64,000 nt of DNA, taken from positions 130,448,001-130,512,000 of the forward strand of contig OZ024745.1 in the NCBI GenBank assembly GCA_964016885.1, in the 5' to 3' direction. Position 1 is the first letter of the stretch, and each line of letters begins with the position of its first letter. Positions 14,258 to 25,690 of this stretch are shown here, one piece after another. The stretch is from Eledone cirrhosa (taxonomy: Eukaryota). A program made the position numbers and the translations under genes. The notes beneath the pieces are model-generated. The model was not told the origin of the DNA, did not search any database, and worked only from the letters and a program-made list of their open reading frames with translations.

Positions 14258-14790
14258 CAGAGGTTCTCCAATTCGGCGTTGAGAAGGTCCAGGAAGAGCT
14301 GGGGCCAATAGGGGAAGTAGGAAGCGTTAGAGATGATATAGTTAAATATCCAGTGATACAAATTATATATAAATATAGTAAAATAAAAAATACCTTATAA
14401 AAAATATATCATTTGTGGATTGGCAGTATCGGTAGAGGGTCGGACACCATGCTTTGCAGCAAAGAGTTACGACCCTTTATGGTCTGAGTTCAAATCGCGC
14501 CGAGGTTAACTTTGCCTTTTATCCTTACGGGGTCTATAAAATAAAGTACCAGTAATGCACTGGGATAATTGCTGGCCTTGTGCCAAAAGTAGAAATAATT
14601 ATATATAAATATAGTATAAAAAATATATTATCATATATAAATATAGTAAAATAAAAATATATATTTATTTATACATAGTATATATTATATTATTTATTAT
14701 ATATAAATTAACGATTTTATTTTAAATAAATTATCTACCGGCAGATTTCTATGGGGGTATTACGTGGCCCCAAAAGTTTGAGAACCTCTG
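14258..14790. mobile_element. hAT (Charlie-like) MITE with nested SINE
   Basis: Terminal inverted repeats CAGAGGTTCTC / GAGAACCTCTG; imperfect 8-bp flanks ctttagtt / ctctcgtg. Confidence 0.6.
14415..14601 (+). mobile_element. tRNA-derived SINE, main family
   Basis: Full A-box, B-box, core and tail. Confidence 0.9.
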
Positions 14791-14823
14791 CTCTCGTGCC
14801 TGTCATATTTAATTTTATAGTGC

Positions 14824-14998
14824 CAGTAATATTGCATACCGGCGTCGAAGACGCTACTTTTTTCCTAAAAGAAGTCTAAAAAATCTACCATGCGTCCCGG
14901 AGGCCGAAGGTTGTTTATTATTATTTTTCAAATTTTTGGTTGTCAAACAAAGGTGCGTCCTCGAAGACGAAGCATCTTCGGCGCCGGGAAATACGGTG
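14824..14998. mobile_element. Tc1/mariner-superfamily (Tc2/pogo-like) MITE remnant
   Basis: Right end gcatcttcggcgccgggaaatacgg is inverted relative to left ccggcgtcgaagacgc; CCGTATTT-type terminus. Confidence 0.5.
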
Positions 14999-15385
14999 TA
15001 TGTTTAATTCCATTCAAATCAAACAATCATTGTGCTATATATTTTTAACAAGCTGATTTATCGATGATATTCTGACATTTTTTACATCCCAATAAATGAA
15101 ATGAATAATTTTTAAAATAAATGTTATTAACATTACAATATATATATTTTCATAGAAACAACTGTAATCCGACTTATTAACAAATATTGACGGAACTTTT
15201 ATGAAATATAGAACATATTAAATGGTTGATAAATATTTATTTAATGATCGCTATGACAATTATGTTCGAATGATTGATATTACGAATATTATATACAATA
15301 TTTCTTCATATTTGATTATTAAAAGATTACCAGTGAATTTGACATATGAGATCTAACTGCTGTTTATAGATTTCATTCATATATA

Positions 15386-15478
15386 GGGCGGTACATTGGC
15401 ATTATCAGTGCAACGTCGGACAGCATGCTTTGCGGTATAGAGTTACGGCCCTTTACGTTCTGAGATCAAATCCCGCCA
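15386..15478 (+). mobile_element. SINE head, truncated
   Basis: ttggcattatcag...gagatcaaatcccgcc. Confidence 0.75.
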
Positions 15479-16284
15479 TAAATTATTTACAATGAATACA
15501 CAAAATCTACTTTACTACTATTAATGGTACTTCTAATAATTACAATGCCCGAGTTTAGCTTCTTGACAATTTAAAAAAAAAACATCTACAGACGCCCTAC
15601 ATTTTCCTGTGCATCAGCGGTATACAAAGTTTTTTAAATTTAGCAAATATCGCTTCACAAGGATACATATTATGAATATAGGATTTCTCTGTCTGTTGCC
15701 AGATTAACTCGTGCAATGCTCCCTTCCGCTTCAATACCAGAATGCGTGACACGTGGCACATAATATAGAGAAATAATTCTATCTTCGTCTCCACTTTGTT
15801 CAAATTGACATACAAAGCCCATTGGATAATGGTATGTAATTTGCTCTAAACAGGGGACATGTTTTCGCTCTCAGCGCTGCACGTTATCACGAGTTGTTAT
15901 ACAAGAGTCGTGTATATTTTTGCCATAATTTAGTTAATTATATAGCAAATTGTCTTTCTGTAAAAGAAATTTAAAAAAATTGAATAATGGCAATTTCCTC
16001 ATGATAGTATCTATCCTAAACACACTTTCCTTTCATCCATGAACACTAAGTTACAACAGTTTCTTTCTCATTCATGTCACCGTAAAATTTCAAATGTTCC
16101 TTTGCATTTCTATAATTTTTCTTTGAATATTTATTCAACTATGTTAATATTTATCTTTTCGTGATCCTTGATGCATTTATATTTTCAAGCGTTTTGCTTG
16201 ATAATACGAAAATGATGATAATGATGATGATGTTAACAATTATTTATTTATTGGCCACTAGGACCGATATATGATGTTGATGAT

Positions 16285-16430
16285 AATAATTGTTTCTACT
16301 TTATCGACCCCCTAAGGATGAAAGGCAAAGTTAAGCTCGGCGGGATTTGAACTCAAAATGACAAGGGCCGTAACTCTATGCGTCAAAGCATGGCGTCCGA
16401 CTCTCTACCGATACTGCCAATCTACCGCCT
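16285..16430 (-). mobile_element. SINE, main family, internal deletion
   Basis: Core and head match; the gtaccag...gtgcc segment is missing. Confidence 0.85.
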
Positions 16431-16454
16431 AACGATATTATAATAATAATGATT

Positions 16455-16650
16455 TCTTATATAGACACAAGGCCAGTAATTTGGGGGAGGGGAAAGTCGA
16501 TTAAATCGACCCCAGTACATTGCTGGTGTTTTATTTTATCCACCCCGTAAGGATGGAAAGCAAAGTTAACCTCGGCGGGATTTGAACTCTGACGTAAAGG
16601 GCCGTAACTCTCCGCTGCAAAGCATGGTGTTCGACGCTCTACCGATACTA
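16455..16650 (-). mobile_element. SINE, long-tail variant
   Basis: Carries extra ggggtcgatttaatcgactttcccctccccc segment. Confidence 0.85.
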
Positions 16651-16663
16651 CAATAATAATAAC

Positions 16664-16759
16664 TATTGCCCTCACTCGTCGTACAAACTCATTAATTGCT
16701 TCGTCCTGCTTCCCTCCATGCTTTATTCCATCTGCTTCCAATATTCCTAAATATTTTAT
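16664..16759 (-). pseudogene. R4/Dong-clade RT fragment
   Basis: KYLGILEADGIKHGGKQDEAINEFVRRVRAI resembles YKYLGILE.D.IKH..MK.....EY.RRVR.IL; abuts (TAA)n. Confidence 0.65.
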
Positions 16760-17001
16760 CCTCTTCCTGCGTCTATGCATTTGCTCATGTGGCCAAATGG
16801 TATTGCAATGCTCCGGCTTATAGAGAGGGCGGTATCCACAAGGTTTAAAAGTGCCCTAAGAATCGCCGTATATCAATATGACGCCACTAAGACTCCCTCA
16901 AGAGATAAGGGTCTAAACTATACCATGTAAACATGTCTACATATATTTTACGTTTGGTTAAATCGTAGCACATGTCACACTCAACATCAGCAATGCTTTA
17001 T

Positions 17002-17205
17002 CAGACTTCTGGCGTCCTTGGCCCTTGGACCACCTCCCTACTCACTACCATCGGCACGGAGTTGGCTACCCGAAGCTGTGTGCTTCGCGAGCTGGAATGG
17101 CTCTGAAAACGTGTCTCTTTCACCATCCTCCGAGGAAACGCCTTCTCTATTCTGGATGCCGGGTCGCGGGGCAGCCACACGTGGGCCCCCATTTGTACAA
17201 AATAG
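17002..17205 (+). pseudogene. CRE-clade non-LTR retrotransposon C-terminal (RLE end) fragment
   Basis: Hand translation QTSGVLGPWTTSLLTTIGTELATRSCVLRELEWL*KRVSFTILRGNAFSIL matches ET.G..GP....L..IG.......RE..WL.QR.S..I.RGNA.SIL. Confidence 0.7.
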
Positions 17206-17671
17206 TGAAAGATAGGAGAGAACGAGAGAGCGGAGGCAGTGCATGAAAGTATTTTATTACATCTTGTTTGGTGTATGACCATGGAAATATTTATAGACTG
17301 AGATATAAAAGCAATGTCTCAAAACTTATTTGAAGATTATGACTCTACGAATAAAGAAACAATAGATATACTACATCACATGATAATAGACGGAAGATTA
17401 ACGAATTACTTATAGAGCGAAACCATAGCAACTGAATATATTATGCAATATTTGTTTCGTTGTTTTCCGTTTAAGAGCGGAAATGATAAAAATTCGAAAA
17501 ATGTAACATCAATAATATATCCAGAAATAATTTTAGACTCTTTAATCGATCGTATTTTCAATTCCAATTATTACTGTATCATCCAATCTGAATGTGATTG
17601 TTAAATTACAATATTTTGCTACTATTTCATAGTTATTGTGCAACACAACTCACAACGCACACATACAAAAC

Positions 17672-17724
<53 letters not shown>

Positions 17725-17763
17725 CAACGAGATCGTATTTCGGCGGGGGCCAAAAACAAAACG

Positions 17764-17868
17764 AAACACAATCTTCGAGATAAGCGGCAAGCGCTCAATG
17801 GGCTAAAAGAAGACCAGAGCAATTAACATAAGTTATAAAGGCCAGATAAATGTAAACAGTGGTCGTTA
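17764..17868 (+). pseudogene. Penelope-like RT N-terminal fragment
   Basis: KHNLRDKRQALNGLKEDQS...VIK(A)-DKC-TVVV resembles PLE NL...ER.AL..LK.D..I.I..ADKG..VV; frameshifted. Confidence 0.55.
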
Positions 17869-18041
17869 AGCCATCAGCCACCAGAGCCAAAAAAAGTAAG
17901 CAAGCTAAACAGGTTAACAAAATATATATGTATATATATACATGAGTGTGTGTGTGTAAAAGGTAAATAGAAATAACAACACAATCGATACAGTATATGG
18001 AAGGAATATATAAGTTTAACGCTTGAAATAGGAGGAAGAGG

Positions 18042-18081
18042 CTCTCAACTTTTCGGACGCTAATCCTTCATCATAAGAAAG
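18042..18081 (-). ncRNA. Degenerate minimal PLE-type hammerhead
   Basis: TTCTT-ATGATGA-A-GGA ttagcg TCC-GAAA-AG-TT-GAGAG; C3 and stem III mutated. Confidence 0.45.
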
Positions 18082-18477
18082 AATGAGAAATTAAAATTAT
18101 TAAAAGGACGGGCAGGGCGAAATCGGAAAAAAATGTTTTTCAGAAAAATAAGAGGTCCATTCATGTTGCCAATATATAAATATGTGTGTGTGTGTGTGAG
18201 AGAGAGTGTGTGTGTGTGTGTGTGTGTGTTAGTTAAGTGTGTAACGGTGCGCTGTCCGAAGCACTCGATTCTGTTATAAGGTTCGTTTATTTTGAGTTGT
18301 ATTCTAGCGTTAATCAAACAATTGTAATTTTCAAATAAAGTTTGCCCATATGCTGCAACACTAACTTCGACTCTTTTAAATCTTTCTCTCTCTCTCCCCT
18401 CTCTATCTCTCTATCACTCTTTGTCCTTCTCTCTCTCTCTCTCCCTATCTCTCTCTTCCCCCCCCCCTCTCTGTGTT

Positions 18478-18545
<68 letters not shown>

Positions 18546-19306
18546 AGAAAGTATGTGTGTATGTATGTATTTATACATGGATGCATGGGAGTGTGTTTAT
18601 CTATATAGAGACGAAAGGACAACCAAACATTTTCTTCTATGTAACTTTCTTCAAAGACCAAGCGGTAGATCAAATTGAAGATTTTCAAAGATGCAATCGT
18701 CTAAAGTTGTTTTATTCTCTCATATTCACTTTGAAAGTATTTATTTTAAAGAAATTATACATAAGAAAAACGTTTGATTGACAAATGCCTAAAACTATGA
18801 AATGTTTTTCAAGTCTGATATTTTATTTTACAGGTATTTGTTTATAAGAAAACATAAAAAACAGATTCAGTTAATCGTTGCTGAAAGCTGTAAATGTTTT
18901 GTTCTTTTATGTATATTTACTTAGGGATGAACTTGTGTGTGTATGTGTGTCCCTCGATACCTTTGTAGTTTATTTTGCGAATAAAAATAGGTGTCGTGAC
19001 ATAAAGAATAGGTTGATGCTTTGGGGATAGTGGAACGTTAGACTCAGTCTAACACTTCACATAACTTGAACAATTCTGCAGTTTCAGGCACTGATATCTA
19101 ACGCTGAATTTTAAAAAAAATCAGCAAAGATATCAGTATCATTAATTGGTGAAAAACTGAATCTCTAAAATGCTGGATCTACTAATCAAAGGATTGCTTC
19201 AAACCACAACCCTTTCTACCGAGAATGCCACGTATTCTGATTCTCTAAACTTGAACAAACTCGGCCAAAGCTAAAATGTATACGTGTTACTTGTGGCTAT
19301 TATGAA

Positions 19307-19496
19307 GGTGGATTGGCAGTATCGGGAGTGGGTCGGACGCCATGCTTTGACGTATAGAATTACGGCCCTTGCCATTCTGAGTTCAAATCCCGCCGAGGTT
19401 AACTTTGCCTTTCATCCTTATTAGGTCGATAAAATAAAGTACCAGTAATGCACTGGGTAATTGCTGGCCTTGTGCCAAAAAAAGTAGAAACAATTA
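19307..19496 (+). mobile_element. tRNA-derived SINE, main family
   Basis: Full-length match. Confidence 0.9.
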
Positions 19497-19670
19497 TGAA
19501 TTATCCACCGGTCTTTGCTATGAAATCTTGTATTTACGTCGTAACTATATTATTGGCAATTCCTAGTTGGTGCTGTTGCATTCTTGGGACTAGCTCATGT
19601 AGGACTTAGAAGTCTCTTTCATAGTTTCCCGTAATACTATCACCTTCAATTCTGTAGTAGAACGCCTTTA

Positions 19671-19767
<97 letters not shown>

Positions 19768-19848
19768 AACATATATTAAAATAAAGCTATTTCAGTCATA
19801 TTAGACCTTAAATAGTTCGAATACTAAATAGGCGATTTGTAGAGCTTC

Positions 19849-19902
<54 letters not shown>

Positions 19903-19911
19903 TTATATAAG

Positions 19912-19978
<67 letters not shown>

Positions 19979-20079
19979 ATATATATCTACTTATATATAT
20001 ATATGCATGTCTCACTATGTATATACACATGTATATATGTATATACATATGTGTATGTATATGCGCGGGGACATAGAAA

Positions 20080-20325
20080 TAGTCGGGGTGGATACCCGAT
20101 CACCCGGTTAAACCCCTAACCTTTGTCAGGGCATCCTTCTAGGAGAAGGCAACTCAGGAAACTGGGATAACTCCAACATAAAACCTGCGGCTCATTAGTT
20201 ACAGATGATGTTGATCTCTTCTTATTTTCGGGTTATAGCTACTGTTGCTCACAGAGTGGGATTGGCTCAGTGCACAGTCTTTCCTTACTTTAAAAAAATC
20301 TTCACTCACAGGCATTGCACGATAG
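20080..20325 (+). mobile_element. Probable RTE 5'UTR-derived repeat
   Basis: ggcatccttctaggagaaggcaactc resembles the RTE 5'UTR ctaggagaaggaaaactc motif; recognition only. Confidence 0.35.
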
Positions 20326-20375
20326 CATTAATTAATAACGAGTGTGCAGCCATCATCATCATGTATGTATGAATG

Positions 20376-20501
<126 letters not shown>

Positions 20502-21312
20502 AACGGTTGGAGCTTCCTATCCAGGAAGCTCCATATTTCATGCCTAATCAAGGAATTTGTTATTCAACAAAACGCCAGAGAAACATATTTTGAAGACGAT
20601 GATAATAATAATAAAAACGAAATGTATATATAAATTCTTTATTATTTGATCTTGTTTTGGCAGAATGAATTTTACATATATTTTTGAAAGTGTAATCGGT
20701 TGGATGAAAGATGAAGTAGATGCTGAGCTGGATGGGTGTCACTCGCGAAGGTACTGGGAAATGAGGATGGGGTTAAACATTTCTGTTCTATTGTTCAATG
20801 AAACAATTTGGTAATTCATGACTTTTCGTGGCAAATTTGAAAGAAATAGGATGAATATCTTTAGAATTACATACTTTGGAAAATCATGCCGAAATTGCAT
20901 GAATGAGAGATATGCTAACAGCAGCAGCAACAACAACAACAGCAACAAACACAGCAATGGCGACAAGAAAAACGAACAAAAACACACCAATAACAAAAGC
21001 AAATACAGCTAAGAATGAAGGTGAATGAAAGATTTTTAAAGAAATTGATGAAATAAACTGAAGGAAGCATACATGGAAACATCAATTATCTCTTTCTATT
21101 CATATTCAAGCTCGTTCCGTGATTAATTTATTTAATCACTATTGTTACTTTCAAGAAAGCCGCCTTTTCAATTGTGCTGGAGATTAAAAATGAAGATGAT
21201 TACTAATAGATGAAATAACTAAAAAAAATATTTATCACCATCAATATAATTTCCATTATTATTATTACTATTATTATTACTGTTATTATTATCATTTTCA
21301 GTATTATTATTA

Positions 21313-21365
<53 letters not shown>

Positions 21366-21872
21366 GTTCTTTGAGTCTCAGTCATTGATGTTAGTTAACT
21401 GGAAAGTTTGTTGAAATGAATATCAAGCCACTACCTGCAGCCTCAGATATTCAGGACGTATCGGAGGGTTCTTGCTGTTCCCAGCAAGCATGCCTTTTGA
21501 AGTGTTCCAAAAAGCGAGGCGGGGCCAATTTTCTTTAACCATCCCTGGAAACTTTTTGAGATAGTCCCCAGTGCGCCTATGACAATCGGGACCACTTTGA
21601 CTTCATGGCAGTTCCAAATCCTTTTTACCTCCCACTTTAAGTCCTGGTATCGGTTAATTTTCTCCCTCTCCATTTCTTGCACTCTCGTGTCAAATGGGCA
21701 GGCCACATCCACAATCAGGCACGATCTTTTTTCTTTGTCCAAAACCACCAGGTCAGGTCTATTGTGTTTCAGTTTCTTGTCCGTCTGTATTCTAAAATCC
21801 CATAACACCTTCACCTGAGCGTTTTCTATCACCGACTCTGGCTTATGCTCAAACCACTTCTCAGAATGGTGA
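21366..21872 (-). mobile_element. 5'-truncated R4/Dong-clade retrotransposon: restriction-like endonuclease domain and 3'UTR
   Basis: VLWDFRIQTD..LKHNRPDLVVLDK....IVDVACP...EK..RYQDL...VVPIVIGALG..LQKACLLGTARTLR (stop at 21443); (TAA)n on both sides. Confidence 0.9.
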
Positions 21873-21915
21873 TTATTATTATTATTATTATTATCATTAT
21901 TATTATTATTATTAT

Positions 21916-22007
21916 TGGCTGTTGATTGGCAGTATTGGTAGAGCGTCAGGCACCATGCTTTGCAACACAAAGTTATGGCCCTTTACCTTCTGAGTTCAAA
22001 TCCCACT
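21916..22007 (+). mobile_element. SINE head, truncated
   Basis: gattggcagtattggtagag...gagttcaaatccca. Confidence 0.8.
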
Positions 22008-22012
22008 GGTGG

Positions 22013-22560
22013 GAACTAAAAGGACGAAAAAACGGTTCAGTACTATACGAACATGCCAGACAACAACATGACAGTAACATAGACAACATAGAAATTAGAA
22101 TAATATCTAAACATAGAAATGACCCAGCAGATAGGCAAATCAGAGAGGCCAGTGAAATAGAACTTAGAAGGCCAAGGCTAAACAGAAAAAATGAATGGAA
22201 TAACAACAACAACACCCAAACAAACAACACTGACCTAAGAGAAGTATACATAAATAAATAAATAGATAAATAAATAAATACATACATACACAAGCACAAT
22301 AACAACAAACACATATAAACACACACTAGTAAAGATAGAATACATTAACCAATACACAGCCACCCAATCACGAACACACATCAAACAAAACACTATACAC
22401 ACACGCAAACGCATGCGCAAAGAAGACAAAATAAAATAAACAAATAAATAAATAAATAAAATGACTAAATAAAGATGGCGTAGAAAATACAATGCAACGG
22501 GAGGAAACAATAGCACCACTGAAGATGTTGCAGATGTGCAACGAAAGAACTTTGATAAAC
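22013..22560 (+). mobile_element. Penelope-like element 3' end: GIY-YIG endonuclease C-terminus and pLTR
   Basis: SVLYEHARQQH...IEIRIISKHRNDPADRQIREASEIELRRPRLNRKNEW (22013-22198) is typical of a PLE GIY-YIG end; HHR follows. Confidence 0.75.
22514..22557 (+). ncRNA. Minimal PLE-type hammerhead
   Basis: CACCA-CTGAAGA-T-GTTGCA/TGCAAC-GAAA-GAAC-TT-TGATA; stem I imperfect; sister copy at 52441. Confidence 0.6.
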
Positions 22561-22789
22561 TATATATATGTGTTTGTGTCTATATTGTATCTGTATTTTT
22601 GACCGCCGGTCAGTCAATGGCAACATTGAGGACCGAATAAATTAGATTACCGATATAAAAGACACAGAAGCGAAAAGCGAAAACCAACCAAACAGTGAGT
22701 GTGTTCTGTTATTAATTCTGGCAATATTACACAAATATGACCCTCCCCAAGTATAATATATATATATAAAATTATAAAACGAGGAAAGA

Positions 22790-23010
22790 AAATTACCTAT
22801 TTTTTCTTCAAAGTCCCTACTATAGTTTCATCAACTTGTTTGCAGCGCTAGTGCAACAGAAAAGTGCTCCAACACTGTGAGACCGCCGAATCTTCAAGAA
22901 GACCCCCTCATTTTGGGGACTGTATCCTGATCTGTCCGTTAGAAAGTGAATATTCCTCTGCGTGAAGAAATCGTCACGTGGGATAGGTCACAGAAGGGAG
23001 GCAAATACTG
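22790..23010 (-). pseudogene. Very degenerate mariner transposase C-terminal remnant
   Basis: PPF-CDLS..DFF (compare YSPDLSPCDFF) and a terminal G..FEEK; frameshifted. Confidence 0.35.
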
Positions 23011-23038
23011 AGTGTGTATCTTATTACTTTATTTTATA

Positions 23039-23222
23039 GGATTGGCAGTATCGGTAGAGAGTCGGACGCCATGCTTTGCAGCAAAGAGTTACGGCCCTTT
23101 ATGATCTGAGTTCAAATCCCGACGAGATTAACTTTGCCTTTCATCCTTACGTGGTCGATAAAATAAAGTACCAGTAATACACTGGGTAATTGCTGGCCTT
23201 GTGCCAAAAGTAGAAACAATTA
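23039..23222 (+). mobile_element. tRNA-derived SINE, main family
   Basis: Full-length match. Confidence 0.9.
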
Positions 23223-23265
23223 TATATACTAGCAGAAAAACCACCCACGGGTGGTTTTCTGCTAG

Positions 23266-23608
23266 CATGTGTAGTGTGTATATTGATATTATACGCAAGT
23301 ATATATACATGTAGATATGATACATGTGTAGTGTGTATATTGATATTATACGCAAGTATATATACATGTAGAAATGATACATGTGTAGTGTGTATATTGA
23401 TATTATATGCAAGTATATATACATGTAGATATGATACATGTGTAGTGTGTATATTGATATTATACGCATGTATATATACATGTAGATATGATACATGTGT
23501 AGTGTGTATATTGATATTATACGCATGTATATATACATGTAGATATGATACATGTGTAGTGTGTATATTGATATTATACGCAAGTATATATACATGTAGA
23601 AATGATAT
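23266..23608. repeat. 57-bp minisatellite, 6 copies
   Basis: Unit catgtgtagtgtgtatattgatattatacgcaagtatatatacatgtagatatgata; 19-aa period in the ORF track. Confidence 0.92.
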
Positions 23609-23627
23609 ATCAAATAACATCGTAATT

Positions 23628-24512
23628 ATTATCACCATTGTCATCATCACCATCATCATCACCATCATCAACAACATCATCATCATCATCATTGTCATCA
23701 TTATCACCTTCAACATCATCATCATCATCATCATCCTCATTGTCAACATCATCAACCTCAACATCATTGTCATCATTATCACCATCACCATCATCATCAT
23801 CATCATTGTCATCATTATCACCATCAACACCGTCAACACCATCAACATCATCATCATCATCTTAACAACAGCAAGCCCATCTTTAACCGCAATTGTAGCA
23901 GCCATGGGATCCTCATTACCGTCAGCAGCATTGATTGTTATCATCATCATCATCCCCATCACCACCACCACTATCATCAGCAGCAGCAGCAACAGCAGCA
24001 ACGTCATTATCACTGCCACTAACATCACCATCATTAGTATCACCACCACCACCACAACTACCATCATCATTATCGACGCCACCACCACTACCACCTCCAC
24101 TACCACCGCCACTACCACTACCACTTCTACTACCACTACCACTACCACCACCACCACAACCACTACCCCTACCACCAAAACTACTACCACTACCACTGCC
24201 ACTACCAGTTCCACTACCATTACCACCACCCCCAAAACCACTACCACTACCACTACCACTACCACCACCACCACCCCTACCACCACCACTACCACCACCA
24301 CCACTACCACTAACACCACCACCACCACCACCACTACCACCACCACTACTACCACTACCACTACCACCACCACCAAAACCACTACCACTACCACTACCAC
24401 AACCCCTACCACCACCACTACCAACACCAACACTACCACTAACATCACCAACACCACCACCACCATCACCACTACTACTACCACCACCTCTATCACCACC
24501 ACCACCAACATT
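23628..24512. repeat. (ATC)n grading into (ACC/ACT)n trinucleotide repeats
   Basis: Direct reading. Confidence 0.95.
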
Positions 24513-24967
24513 AATTAAATAGATATCATCATAACGATCATCATCAAAATTTTTAAAAAATGTCTGCCACTAATAAAACGTAACAGAGAGAGTCCTCATT
24601 ATAAACTAAGATATTAATTTTCATTAGGTTTTCTTCCTAATTCATGTCATTCCAGTAGTTTATTTTCTTTGATATATTTAATGGTTATTTATATTATTTG
24701 GTCTTTAGAATGTTTGGTCGTTATATTTGTTTGTTGTTGTCTTGGCTTGTTCTTGTGAGAGGTATGGAATGTCATGTAGAGTGATAAGGAAATTAAATGG
24801 AAACACGCTGACAGTTTATGAGTGAGTATAAATATATTGTCAGGGAAAGGAGGAAAATCGAGAGGAAGATGAATTATAGAGGGAAATGGAAATTCATAAA
24901 TGACAAAACAGAGAGTGGCTGCAACATGTGTTACCTAGAAAATAGAGAGGAAAGTGATACAGATAAA

Positions 24968-25019
<52 letters not shown>

Positions 25020-25065
25020 CCAAATATTAACAAATGAAAGATATTCACAGAATCAAAATATATGC

Positions 25066-25128
25066 TTTATTATATATATTTCAAAGGTACTCTGTTGTTG
25101 TTTTTTCAGTACGTCTTCATCAGATAAA
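25066..25128 (-). ncRNA. Type I hammerhead (family A, inverted copy)
   Basis: TTTAT-CTGATGA-AGAC GTACT/AGTAC CTTT-GAAA-TATATA-TA-ATAAA. Confidence 0.8.
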
Positions 25129-25228
25129 ATATATGATTTGATATATGACATACCGCTATTCCAGTATTGCCTATACTGGAATTGTATAATCAAGACCGTA
25201 GCGGTATGTCATATATCAAATTATATAT

Positions 25229-25292
25229 TTTATCTGATGAAGACGTACTGAAAAAAAAAAAAACACAGTACCTTTGAAATATATATAATAAA
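25229..25292 (+). ncRNA. Type I hammerhead (family A)
   Basis: TTTAT-CTGATGA-AGA C GTACTG/CAGTAC C TTT-GAAA-TATATA-TA-ATAAA; intact core, palindromic stem III. Confidence 0.85.
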
Positions 25293-25450
25293 GCATATAT
25301 TTTGATTCTGTGAATATCTTTCATTTGTTAATATTTTGAATAATATTAAAAACTCCAGGAAAACCTTTTTGTTGAGTGCTCTTAATCTATTGTAAAATAG
25401 AATAAGTAATCAACGAACCATATTAATCTTTGGTCATATATATATACAGT

Positions 25451-25605
25451 ATCATCATCATTCATCATTTCATTTTACGTCCGCTTTTCCCTGCTTGCAA
25501 GGGTGGGACAGGAACTGATTCTGGCTTGATTTCTACAGCTGGATGCCCTTCCTAACACCAACCTCATTTACAGTGACTGGTGGGTGCTTTTTTGCCGTGG
25601 CCCCT
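25451..25605 (-). mobile_element. SINE/RTE-type 3' end (third family)
   Basis: Reverse complement of ggttggtgttaggaagggcatccagctgtagaaa ... ggacgtaaaatga(tga)n tail. Confidence 0.65.
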
Positions 25606-25609
25606 ACAC

Positions 25610-25680
<71 letters not shown>

Positions 25681-25690
25681 TATATTTAGG

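Larger units (their letters stand above)
25011..25440 (+). mobile_element. Family A fold-back element with two divergent hammerheads
   Basis: Arms ~25011-25157 and ~25199-25346 are reverse complements; unique tail to ~25437; (TA)n on both sides. Confidence 0.85.

Noticed and set aside
15703-15831. AG...GTATGT-bounded candidate exon
   Set aside because: Stops in all three frames
23266-23608. CRISPR-like array
   Set aside because: Contiguous tandem units without unique spacers; eukaryotic context, no cas genes. The same applies to the 33818-33910 repeats
23147-24522. 400-450 aa Val/Thr/Pro-rich ORFs (mucin- or extensin-like)
   Set aside because: Trinucleotide microsatellites open in several frames on both strands
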